Assembly (NCBI GenBank): GCA_050013715.1
Contig: JBEKES010000001.1
Location: 8,889-72,888 of the forward strand
Reading direction: 5' to 3'
From: Candidatus Micrarchaeaceae archaeon
GTDB lineage: Archaea > Micrarchaeota > Micrarchaeia > Micrarchaeales > Micrarchaeaceae
DNA: 64,000 bases
The translations under genes were made by a program, and so were the position numbers. The notes under the pieces are model-generated. The model ran no database searches, was not told the origin of the DNA, and saw only the letters and a program-made list of their open reading frames with translations. Shown one piece after another: positions 44,350 through 52,455 of the stretch (position 1 is the first letter of the stretch; each line of letters begins with the position of its first letter).

Positions 44350-44446
44350 ATTTACTGTTTTGTTAGTTTATAATATATTAATTGTGTTTGCGACAAAATC
44401 GTTTCTTTAGACAGGGAAGCAAATGCAATACACTCTTTTCTACTCG

Positions 44447-44644
44447 TTATTTTACGTTTTCCTTTATATAATAGGCTATTACGCTTGTCACCCAGGCAAT
44501 TACCAACCCTACTCCAACTCCCCTAAAGTATATGTTGCCGGTAAGATATCCGATCAAAATGAATATCACACTCAAAACTAACTCAAATAATATGAGCGTT
44601 GTATCTAAATGATGTTCTAAAAGATTTTTCCTCCATTTCTCCAT
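44447..44644 (-). CDS. Small two-TM membrane protein (65 aa)
   Basis: Hydrophobic segments TTLILFELVLSVIFILIGYL and GVGLVIAWVTSVIAYY. Confidence 0.35.
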   Translation of the reverse strand: MEKWRKNLLEHHLDTTLILFELVLSVIFILIGYLTGNIYFRGVGVGLVIAWVTSVIAYYIKENVK

Positions 44645-44751
44645 ATTTCCACCTTTTATAGTAATGATATACCTCTACTTAAATATCTGTCCTTTGGTGA
44701 TATATTTTTACGATTTTATAGGTTATTTTATATGTGGGTTTATCAGGAAAC

Positions 44752-44759
44752 TTAAAATA
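44752..44759 (+). promoter_or_regulatory. TATA-like box upstream of the initiator tRNA
   Basis: ttaaaata is centred about 30 nt upstream of tRNA position 1 (44785). Confidence 0.3.
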
Positions 44760-44784
44760 GAGGTTGCTTCTTAATATTACACAT

Positions 44785-44859
44785 AGCGAGGTAGGGTAGT
44801 CTGGAGTGCCCGCCGGGCTCATAACCCGGAGATCGATGGTTCAAATCCATTCCTCGCTA
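44785..44859 (+). tRNA. Initiator tRNA-Met (CAU), no intron
   Basis: Hand fold: AGCGAGG TA GGGT AGTCTGGAGT GCCC G CCGGG CTCATAA CCCGG AGATC GATGG TTCAAAT CCATT CCTCGCT A. The A1:U72 pair and three G:C pairs at the base of the anticodon stem are initiator hallmarks. Confidence 0.9.
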
Positions 44860-44986
44860 TTTTGACCATGCAGTTCCACTAATCAAAAAGAAACAAAAAC
44901 AAAGTAAACAATAATATTAAATTGGTTGAAATAATAACATAATATATATAAGGAAGGCGATTACCGGAACTGCGGGGTGTAGTATA

Positions 44987-45478
44987 ATGGATGAAAATAT
45001 CACTTATGATTATTTATGGCAGGCATACCAGAAGGAGAAGCAAACAAATCAATTACTACTAATACCTAAAACATTTTATGAAGATATATTCAAATTTGTA
45101 AACAATGTTCAAACAAACACAAACTTCAACCAAACAACAAAAGACAACACAATAATGCTTGTAAATGATTTTTTCGAAAAAAGGAAGCAGAAGATACTGA
45201 TATACATAGCATACAACAAGCAACTTCCCCAACCCATAAGCAACAACGAACTAGAATTTTACAACAAACTACTTCAGATTGTCAAAGAGGAAAAGCTAGA
45301 TTTTGCAGTACAAACAAAAACAAACACAAATTCACTGAAATCAACAAAAGACATTCCAGAGATAATACTACCTTCTGGAAATAAGATAGGACCTCTTGCA
45401 AAGAACCAGATAATAGAAATAGAAAATCAACAGGACAAGTCATATTTGCTGGAAAACACAATATGTGAAATTTATTAA
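44987..45478 (+). CDS. Possible GINS subunit (Gins51/15-like A-domain protein, 163 aa)
   Basis: YLWQAYQKEKQTNQLLLIPKTFYEDIFKFV...FFEKRKQKILIYIA...ELEFYNKLLQIV fits the helical GINS A-domain pattern. It lies upstream of L44e and aIF2-alpha, a neighbourhood I recall as conserved in archaea. The family call is tentative. Confidence 0.45.
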   Translation: MDENITYDYLWQAYQKEKQTNQLLLIPKTFYEDIFKFVNNVQTNTNFNQTTKDNTIMLVNDFFEKRKQKILIYIAYNKQLPQPISNNELEFYNKLLQIVKEEKLDFAVQTKTNTNSLKSTKDIPEIILPSGNKIGPLAKNQIIEIENQQDKSYLLENTICEIY

Positions 45479-45488
45479 AGTGAAGAAA

Positions 45489-45773
45489 ATGAAAATCCCA
45501 AAAAACATAATGGTTTATTGCCCAAAGTGCAAAAAACACACAACACACACGGTGAAAATGCCGTCCAAAGGGCCACAGCGCGAACTTAGCAAAGCAACCA
45601 GAAGGCACAACCGCGCCATAAGAGGTTATGTTGGTAGCGTAGAACCCAAGATACACACCAAGAAACTTGGCAAAAGGCAGAGAATCCTGTTGGAATGCAA
45701 AGAATGCAAGTATGTAATAGGAAGAACCATGGGCAACAGGACAAAGAAGAAAATAGAAATAAAGCAGCAATAA
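45489..45773 (+). CDS. rpl44e: 50S ribosomal protein L44e (eL42)
   Basis: MKIPKNIMVYCPKCKKHTTHTV...CKECK zinc ribbon. The start is taken at ATG 45489. Confidence 0.9.
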   Translation: MKIPKNIMVYCPKCKKHTTHTVKMPSKGPQRELSKATRRHNRAIRGYVGSVEPKIHTKKLGKRQRILLECKECKYVIGRTMGNRTKKKIEIKQQ

Positions 45774-45791
45774 GCTGCTTGGTAAATTTTT

Positions 45792-46592
45792 ATGGAACAA
45801 CAAAACGTGCCGAAAGTAGGGGAAATAGTAATAGCCAATATATCTAAGATAAGCAAATTCGGTGCATACTGCAGATTGCCAGAATACAACGACCTGGAAG
45901 TGTTTCTGCCAGTTAGGGAAGTCTCTTCAGGATGGATAAAAAACATAAGAGAGAAAATACATGAAGGGCAGAAGCTTGTTTGCACTGTAATATTTTACGA
46001 CAAGGAAAAAGGCGCGATAGACGTTTCACTGAAAAGAGTATCTCCAAACGTCTCAAAGGAAAAGATAAGGGTATATAATCTTGAGAAAAGACTTTCCGCT
46101 ATTTTCCTTCAATCCCTCAAAATGGCAAAGGAGCAGCCTAACAAAGAGGAATTGATAAAAACAGCATTGCAGGAATTCGGCACATACACTAATCTGATAG
46201 AAAATGCAACAACCGATACAAAAGAATTTACTCAATCGAAGCTGCCCAAAAAACTCAAAGAGGCAATAATGAAGGTGCTTGAAGCAAACAAGAAGCAGAA
46301 GCGTCATATTGTCTCATACATTGCAACTCTTTATACCTACAATACGCTTTCCGGCGCAACAGAATTAAGGGGCATAATAACTGCGATAAAGGAAATGGGT
46401 GTAGATGTGAATTATATAGGTGCACCAAAATACAGGCTCATATCCGAGGGTGCCGATTATTCAATTGCTGAAGACAAGATAAACAAAGTAAAGGAATTGA
46501 TAAAGGAAAAATTGAAGAAAGGCGTTTTCGAAATAGAAAAAGAGAAGAGAAGAAAGGAGAAAGAAGATATAATGGCGACAATAAGTGTTTAA
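45792..46592 (+). CDS. eif2a: Translation initiation factor 2 alpha subunit (aIF2-alpha)
   Basis: S1 domain PKVGEIVIANISKISKFGAYCRLPEYNDLEVFLPVREVSSGWIKNIRE. The 266-aa length fits. Confidence 0.9.
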   Translation: MEQQNVPKVGEIVIANISKISKFGAYCRLPEYNDLEVFLPVREVSSGWIKNIREKIHEGQKLVCTVIFYDKEKGAIDVSLKRVSPNVSKEKIRVYNLEKRLSAIFLQSLKMAKEQPNKEELIKTALQEFGTYTNLIENATTDTKEFTQSKLPKKLKEAIMKVLEANKKQKRHIVSYIATLYTYNTLSGATELRGIITAIKEMGVDVNYIGAPKYRLISEGADYSIAEDKINKVKELIKEKLKKGVFEIEKEKRRKEKEDIMATISV

Positions 46593-46593
46593 A

Positions 46594-47397
46594 ATGATAA
46601 CTAAAACTGTAATAAAAAGGAAAAAAGGAATAAAGGCAAACAAGTCAATACTCGTGGTTGGCCTTCCTGGAATAGGAAACGTAGGGAAGCTCATTGCAGA
46701 GCATCTTAAAAAGGAATTGAATGCAGAAAAAATAGCAACGCTTTACTCTCCTCATTTTCCACATCAGGTAATAATGCTAAAGAACGGGAAGATACGCCTT
46801 GTGAACAACAGATTCTATATTATAAAAGCAAAGAAGCCGAATACCAATGACATAATATTATTGACGGGGGACGCGCAGGCGCTTTCATCTGAAGGGCAAT
46901 ATGAAGTTAATGCAAAGATAGTCGATTTCTTCAAGCAGGAACTTGACGGGCAATTCATATACACAATAGGTGGATACAACATCGGCGAAAATATGGCAAC
47001 CAAGCCTAGGGTTTTTGCCAATGCGACAAGCAGTGAAGTGATAAAGCAGTTCAAGGGCAGCGATGTTATATTCGGAAAGTCAAAAGGAGTTATCTTCGGT
47101 TCAGCTGGTCTTATAATCGCTTTTGCGAAGATGCAGAAAATAGACGGAGTTTGTCTAATGGGCGAAACAGGATTTCTTGAAGTCGATGCAAGCGCAGCAA
47201 AGGCTGTATTGCTCCAATTGTCAAAAAGACTTAACATCAAAACAAACACAACAAACCTTGACAAGATAATAGAGAAAACAGCAAAAGCAGTGAAGGAATT
47301 AGAAGCCCAGATGGGTGGCAGCATGGGCCAGCCGATGCCCTACCCTATTGGCGGAAAAGCAGAAAAGGACGCGCCGCACCCTTCCTATATAAGATAA
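46594..47397 (+). CDS. PAC2-family proteasome assembly chaperone-like protein
   Basis: SILVVGLPGIGNVGKLIAEHL N-terminal motif, at the position after aIF2-alpha. Confidence 0.7.
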   Translation: MITKTVIKRKKGIKANKSILVVGLPGIGNVGKLIAEHLKKELNAEKIATLYSPHFPHQVIMLKNGKIRLVNNRFYIIKAKKPNTNDIILLTGDAQALSSEGQYEVNAKIVDFFKQELDGQFIYTIGGYNIGENMATKPRVFANATSSEVIKQFKGSDVIFGKSKGVIFGSAGLIIAFAKMQKIDGVCLMGETGFLEVDASAAKAVLLQLSKRLNIKTNTTNLDKIIEKTAKAVKELEAQMGGSMGQPMPYPIGGKAEKDAPHPSYIR

Positions 47398-47542
47398 TTA
47401 TCTAGTGGCGGTATGGTATTATAGTATAATATGGCAAAACATACGATCTATAATTAATTATGGTGCTAATCGGACGTCTGATCTGTGATATCTCAATTGA
47501 ACCCGTAGTAAATATTATAAGTTTATAATCACCAAATTACTC

Positions 47543-48322
47543 ATGCATAGATTAACCTCTGAAGATAAGAAGATAATCATCGAACCATATAAATCTGGAA
47601 ATAGTCTTGCAAAAATATCTAAATTAATCGGCAGAAGGAAAACTGTTATATATTATCATACAAGGAAACAGTTCGGCAGGAAATATAAACTAATAAAATT
47701 TAGAATTTCCTCATTTGAAGATTTAGGCGAGTTTTTAGGTGCATTTATAGGTGACGGTAACTTCTATCAAGAAAAAGACTTTAAATATAATATAAATTTT
47801 TATTTATCTATACACGAAACAAAGCATGCAAAGCACTTATCAAAGGTTATAAAAAGACTTTTCAGTAAAGAACCTAACCTATGGGTTTACACAAAAGGTA
47901 ACATCATTCGGTTAAAAATAATGGGGAAACAAGTATATATTAAACTAAAAGAGTATCTTGACTGGTCGAACGAAAAATATTATACAATTCATCTTAAATC
48001 CAATCTATTAAAACATCCCAACTATGATCTTCTTAAAGGAATCATTAAAGGTGAATTAGCCACAGACGGATCTGTTTATGTACCAAAAAATAGAATAGTA
48101 TTAGGTACCTGCTCAAAATTGCTTAGCGAGCAAAACAGAAGGATTTTGGAAATGTTTGAAATAAATCCATACACATATCCTGTATTCTCAAGCAAAAATA
48201 AACCATTTTATCACATGCACATAACAGGAATAGATAACGTCTCTAACTTCTATGAACGAATAGGTGTCACAGAACCATTACGTAAATCTAAGATAAAGTT
48301 AATATTAAAAAAGCGTCAGTGA
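47543..48322 (+). CDS. Free-standing double-motif LAGLIDADG homing-endonuclease-like protein with an N-terminal HTH
   Basis: LAGLIDADG motifs FLGAFIGDGNF and IIKGELATDGSVY lie about 100 aa apart. The N-terminal SLAKISKLIGRRKTVIYYH is HTH-like. The stop codon (48320-48322) lies inside the tRNA gene that starts at 48313. Confidence 0.8.
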   Translation: MHRLTSEDKKIIIEPYKSGNSLAKISKLIGRRKTVIYYHTRKQFGRKYKLIKFRISSFEDLGEFLGAFIGDGNFYQEKDFKYNINFYLSIHETKHAKHLSKVIKRLFSKEPNLWVYTKGNIIRLKIMGKQVYIKLKEYLDWSNEKYYTIHLKSNLLKHPNYDLLKGIIKGELATDGSVYVPKNRIVLGTCSKLLSEQNRRILEMFEINPYTYPVFSSKNKPFYHMHITGIDNVSNFYERIGVTEPLRKSKIKLILKKRQ

Positions 48323-48400
48323 TCCAATCTGGTTAAGATTCCAGCTTCCCATTTTTTAAGGAAAAAGCTGGTCATCCGGGTTCAAATCCCGGCTGACGCA
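48313..48400 (+). tRNA. tRNA-Gly (CCC) with a 14-nt intron at the canonical 37/38 position
   Basis: Hand fold: GCGTCAG TG ATCC AATCTGGTTA AGAT T CCAGC TTCCCA[TTTTTTAAGGAAAA]A GCTGG TCAT CCGGG TTCAAAT CCCGG CTGACGC A. UUCC (32-35) pairs with intron GGAA, leaving 3-nt bulges CA|U and AA|A, which is a BHB-like fold. Confidence 0.8.
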
Positions 48401-48520
48401 TCTAAATATTCTAAATTTATCTTTTTAATCACTGATCTGTTTTTAATTGTACTATTTCTACAAGACCTAAACAAACAAAAGGTCTAAATATTAGGCAATA
48501 AAAAATAATTATGTGATAAA

Positions 48521-48805
48521 TTGACAGTAAAGATAATGATTAGCGGTGCAATAAGCAAGGAACTGCCTCTTCCGGAATGTCTATCTAGGCAAGAATCACT
48601 TAATTTACTTAGGGACATGCACAGAGGAGAAAGTTATACCCTTAAAGAGCTGGAAGAGACCATAGGCAAGTTATCCCTGCGTGTAGAGGAAATGCACAGA
48701 ACCCCAAAAAATCACAACACACAAAGAAATTATATTATTAAAATGCGCTCAGTTATAAGGGACATGACTCTTGGAAAAATAAGAATTTATATGGAAAAAA
48801 AGTGA
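48521..48805 (+). CDS. Hypothetical protein (94 aa, TTG start)
   Basis: The TTG is preceded by GTGATAAA with the same spacing as the ATG genes. No motif recognised. Confidence 0.4.
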   Translation: MTVKIMISGAISKELPLPECLSRQESLNLLRDMHRGESYTLKELEETIGKLSLRVEEMHRTPKNHNTQRNYIIKMRSVIRDMTLGKIRIYMEKK

Positions 48806-48827
48806 AATGTGCTCTTAAAATGCTAAA

Positions 48828-49721
48828 TTAAAAATCATAATTGCACAGGCAGAATTTCGATCTTATCTTCAGATTCGGGTTATTGTCAAACACCCACCCA
48901 GGATTTGAGTATTCGCTATCGAAAAGATGATCCGATACCTGAGCAATCTCATCGTGCTGCCTATCGCTCATATTTAAAATTTCATTGGTATTCAATATTC
49001 TGTTCAGCATCGCATTCATAAATTCTATTTTATACTCGTTTAGGTCGACTTTCTTCGCCTTTGCGACTTGGCTGATGTTAGGAAGATGCCCCAATGCTTC
49101 ATAATCTTCATCGCATATTCTAAGAACGCTTCTTATCTTGTCCGGGTCCCATTTGCCTATGGCGACAACACCCTGGTATAAAAATGCATAATGCTTTTCG
49201 TCCTTTTCTATGTCCCATCCGTGCGTATTCTGAGCATGCGCTGCAACTGGCCCATCGTTTAATCTTATGCTGTTGTGTTTTCCTAGTTCTACTATGTTGT
49301 CATTCATTACAATTCCCTTTATTGCATCTGCAACTATCGGGCCTAAATTATTGTGGACAAAGCCCTTGAAGTCAAAACCAAAAGAATCACTTGAGGAAAA
49401 CCTGCCACTAATGCTGTAAGAAAATGTGCTGATATCATCCAGATAAATCGGATCCCCTCCGCTTTTCCTTCTTGAGACTCCAACATCGCTGAGATTTTCC
49501 CTGTTTATGCTGTCCGGATGATCGAATCTCGCAAGTATGATTGACGGCCTGTCAAAATCGTAAAATCGCAGGAAGAATTGGCCGGTTTCAATGGAATTAA
49601 GAAAGAGGGCATCATCTATTGCCATATTTCTTGCAGCATCATGTCTCCCATAACCGAAAAATATTACTTTATTGCTTCCTAGCAAGGAAAGTTCTTTGCT
49701 TCTTGCTGTTTCTTTCATCAT
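48828..49721 (-). CDS. Lipoate-protein ligase A-like (BPL/LPL family)
   Basis: AARNMAIDDALFL, FLRFYDFDRPSIILARF and SRRKSGGDPIYLDD match the RRxSGGGAVYHD region. Confidence 0.6.
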   Translation of the reverse strand: MMKETARSKELSLLGSNKVIFFGYGRHDAARNMAIDDALFLNSIETGQFFLRFYDFDRPSIILARFDHPDSINRENLSDVGVSRRKSGGDPIYLDDISTFSYSISGRFSSSDSFGFDFKGFVHNNLGPIVADAIKGIVMNDNIVELGKHNSIRLNDGPVAAHAQNTHGWDIEKDEKHYAFLYQGVVAIGKWDPDKIRSVLRICDEDYEALGHLPNISQVAKAKKVDLNEYKIEFMNAMLNRILNTNEILNMSDRQHDEIAQVSDHLFDSEYSNPGWVFDNNPNLKIRSKFCLCNYDF

Positions 49722-49728
49722 TTGACCA

Positions 49729-50436
49729 TCAAATAATCATAAAGATCAATATCGCGACAAGTGCGCCCGCAATGCCGCATATGAAATTGGACGTGTATTT
49801 GTTTCCAATGCCTTTTTCCTCATAATAGCCGAAAATTGAATCTACCAAACAGCCAATGAATCCTGCCATGCCTATTACAAGAATTGCCTTTGCTATGGTA
49901 AATCCGTAAATTCCTGCGAATGTGCCCAAAGGTGCTCTTACCACCAACACAAGCGCAGCTATTATGAAAGAACCTATCAATCCGGCAACAAGGCCCAGCC
50001 AGGTAATTGCTCCAGAGGTTCCTTTCTTGACTTTCCTGAAGCCTAGCAGCATTGTGGGCTGGCCGTCTAATATGCCTATTTCACTGCTGAACTTGTCTGA
50101 AGTAATTGCAGCAACGCTTGCCATGAAGCCTATGGCTGCAAGCAATGCATAGGTGCTGTTGTTGCTTATCATGAACAAATAGAATATAACTACCATTATA
50201 ATTGGTGGCAATCCGTTGGCCAAGACATTCTTGAATCCTCTGGACGATTGCCCAAGGTTGCGCTTCTTCTTGTAGTTCCATCCCATATATGTCACTATGG
50301 CCGACAGAACAAGGAACGCTATCATCAATCCAAGGAAGAAATAGCCAAGCATAAGCCCTAAAACTATGAATATGACACCGAAGACAAGCGCAAGCATTAC
50401 TCCTTTCCAGTCCAAAGTTAAGAAATCCATATACAT
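49729..50436 (-). CDS. DUF92/TMEM19-family integral membrane protein
   Basis: Multi-TM protein with KKGTSGAITWLGLVAGLIGSFIIA and GCLVDSIFG motifs, as in the TIGR00297-like family (assignment from memory). Confidence 0.6.
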   Translation of the reverse strand: MYMDFLTLDWKGVMLALVFGVIFIVLGLMLGYFFLGLMIAFLVLSAIVTYMGWNYKKKRNLGQSSRGFKNVLANGLPPIIMVVIFYLFMISNNSTYALLAAIGFMASVAAITSDKFSSEIGILDGQPTMLLGFRKVKKGTSGAITWLGLVAGLIGSFIIAALVLVVRAPLGTFAGIYGFTIAKAILVIGMAGFIGCLVDSIFGYYEEKGIGNKYTSNFICGIAGALVAILIFMII

Positions 50437-50545
50437 TCCATTTTAGTGAAATTATTCCGCTATTTAGAAAGATTTTTAAACCTGCATTTCCTTACCATAT
50501 TACGGGTTCTCTACTGTAGGAAGGTCGTGAAAAACTGGTCGTCTT

Positions 50546-50568
50546 GCCAGCATGTATTCCATGCTGGC
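50546..50568 (+). repeat. Perfect 9-bp inverted repeat (hairpin) in a divergent intergenic region
   Basis: gccagcatg tattc catgctggc, followed by the T-rich acttcttctttg. It lies between the divergent starts of the DUF92 gene and radA. Confidence 0.85.
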
Positions 50569-50735
50569 ACTTCTTCTTTGTTATAAATCTTTCACTAATA
50601 GATAAACCTTAAGCTATTTATTAAAATACCCTAATTATTTAACTAGGGAACATTTAGTTTCTGCTTATGCATAGGCACTGAAAGCCCAATTTAAATACTT
50701 ATTTGTTCATAATTATAACGTAACAACTGATTTTT

Positions 50736-51686
50736 ATGGCTAAGGAAAAAGCAATAAAAGAATTAGAGGACTTGCCAGGCATAGGTCCGATAGCAGCAGA
50801 AAAGCTGAAAACTGCTGGAATAGATTCACTGGACAAGGTTGCTACGCTTGCACCCCATGACCTGAAGGAAATGACGGGAATAAGCGTAGATGCGGCAAAA
50901 GGGGCAATACAAGCAGCTAGGGAGTCAACAACAGTGGATTATCAAACAGGAAGCGATGTCTACAAGAAAAGAAAGGATGTTGGGAAAATAAGTACTGGAT
51001 CAAAGGAACTTGACGAGCTTATTGGAGGTGGATTAGAGACATGCTCAATTACTGAAACCTATGGCAGATTCGCAAGCGGGAAATCTCAAATTGGATTTCA
51101 AGTAAGCGTTGATGTCCAATTGCCAAAGGAGAAGGGCGGATTAGATGGTAATGTACTATTCCTTGACTGCGAAGGTACATTCAGACCAGAAAGGATAGAA
51201 TCCATAGCAAAGGCAAAAGGATTAGACCCAGAAAAAACACTGGAAAACATATTCGTAATAAGAGTTACAACAACAGAACAGCAGGTTCTAACTTTGGAAC
51301 GTGCAGACAAGCTGATACAGGAAAAGAACATAAAATTAATAGTTGTGGATTCGCTTACTGCATTATTCAGATCTGAATTCATAGGAAGAGGTGCACTGGG
51401 TGAAAGGCAGCAGAAGCTGAACCAGCATATTCATAGATTGCAGATACTTGCCGATAAATATAATCTTGCAGTTTACATAACCAATCAGGTAATGGACAAT
51501 CCTGGAATATTGTTTGGGGATCCTACCACTCCAATAGGAGGAAATGTGCTTGCACATGCTGCAACCACAAGACTATACCTAAAAAAGAGCAAGGAAGACA
51601 AAAGAATTGCAAGGCTTGTGGATTCGCCAAACATGCCTGAAGGCGAAGTAGTAATCAAGATAACACCTAACGGGATAAAAGACTGA
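50736..51686 (+). CDS. radA: DNA repair and recombination protein RadA
   Basis: HhH LEDLPGIGPIAAEKLKTAGI, Walker A GRFASGKSQ and Walker B LIVVDS. Confidence 0.95.
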   Translation: MAKEKAIKELEDLPGIGPIAAEKLKTAGIDSLDKVATLAPHDLKEMTGISVDAAKGAIQAARESTTVDYQTGSDVYKKRKDVGKISTGSKELDELIGGGLETCSITETYGRFASGKSQIGFQVSVDVQLPKEKGGLDGNVLFLDCEGTFRPERIESIAKAKGLDPEKTLENIFVIRVTTTEQQVLTLERADKLIQEKNIKLIVVDSLTALFRSEFIGRGALGERQQKLNQHIHRLQILADKYNLAVYITNQVMDNPGILFGDPTTPIGGNVLAHAATTRLYLKKSKEDKRIARLVDSPNMPEGEVVIKITPNGIKD

Positions 51687-51690
51687 TAAA

Positions 51691-52455
51691 ATGCTTTTTC
51701 TAGTTGGACTCGGGCTTTCTGAAAAAGAAATCCCGATTGGAGCAATAGATGTTTGCAAAAAGTGCGACCTTTTCATAGATAGGTACACAAGTAAAATAAG
51801 CATAAGCACAACAAACAAGATAAAAGAATTGACAAACAAAGAAATTCAAGTGCTATCAAGACAGGAAATGGAAGAAGGCGCAAAAACAATTATAAAAAAC
51901 GCATCAGCAAAAGATGTAGCAATACTCTTCGGAGGAGATCCGCTTATAGCAACTACGCACAAAATATTCTACATAGAAGCGAAGAAGCAGGGTGTGAAAA
52001 TAGAAACAATACATGCAAATTCGATAATAACTGCAGTAATAGGCGAGAGCGGACTTGACTTCTACAGATTCGGGAAGACGTGCACCATACCGAGATGGAG
52101 CGAACATTATTCCCCAATATCTTTCTACGAGAAGATAGAAACAAACGTGAGAAACAAGGAGCATTCGATTCTTCTGCTGGATTACGACCAAAATTCAGAA
52201 TCAACGCTAAGCGTAAAAGAGGCATTGGTTTCACTGGGAATGGCAGAAGAGAAATACAAAAAGGGAATAATAGCAAACTCAACAAAAATAATGATAATGC
52301 ACAACATTTCACTGGAAGACCAGAAAATAATATTCACAACAATAGAAAAGGCATCAACAACGGATTTCGACGACGGTGTAAACGTGCTCATACTGCCGGC
52401 AGAGCTTACGGAAATAGAAAAGGAAACTGTTGATTCAATTGCAAAGGTAATATGA
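51691..52455 (+). CDS. dph5: Diphthine synthase
   Basis: MLFLVGLGLSEKEI, GGDPLIATTH and a 254-aa tetrapyrrole-methylase fold. Confidence 0.88.
   Translation: MLFLVGLGLSEKEIPIGAIDVCKKCDLFIDRYTSKISISTTNKIKELTNKEIQVLSRQEMEEGAKTIIKNASAKDVAILFGGDPLIATTHKIFYIEAKKQGVKIETIHANSIITAVIGESGLDFYRFGKTCTIPRWSEHYSPISFYEKIETNVRNKEHSILLLDYDQNSESTLSVKEALVSLGMAEEKYKKGIIANSTKIMIMHNISLEDQKIIFTTIEKASTTDFDDGVNVLILPAELTEIEKETVDSIAKVI

Noticed and set aside
47455-47515. A possible C/D-box sRNA upstream of the LAGLIDADG gene (ATGGTGC ... CTGA ... GTGATAT ...).
   Set aside because: The C and C' boxes deviate from RUGAUGA at several positions, and no terminal D box (CUGA) is present at the expected distance.
48341-48370. 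Alternative identities for the intron-containing tRNAs: Trp(CCA) for 48313-48400, and Leu(UAA) or Ser(UGA) for 31278-31390.
   Set aside because: Only the canonical 37/38 splice register gives a bulge-helix-bulge fold in both cases. The Gly body has the typical 4-nt variable loop, and the Ile body lacks the long variable arm required for Leu or Ser.
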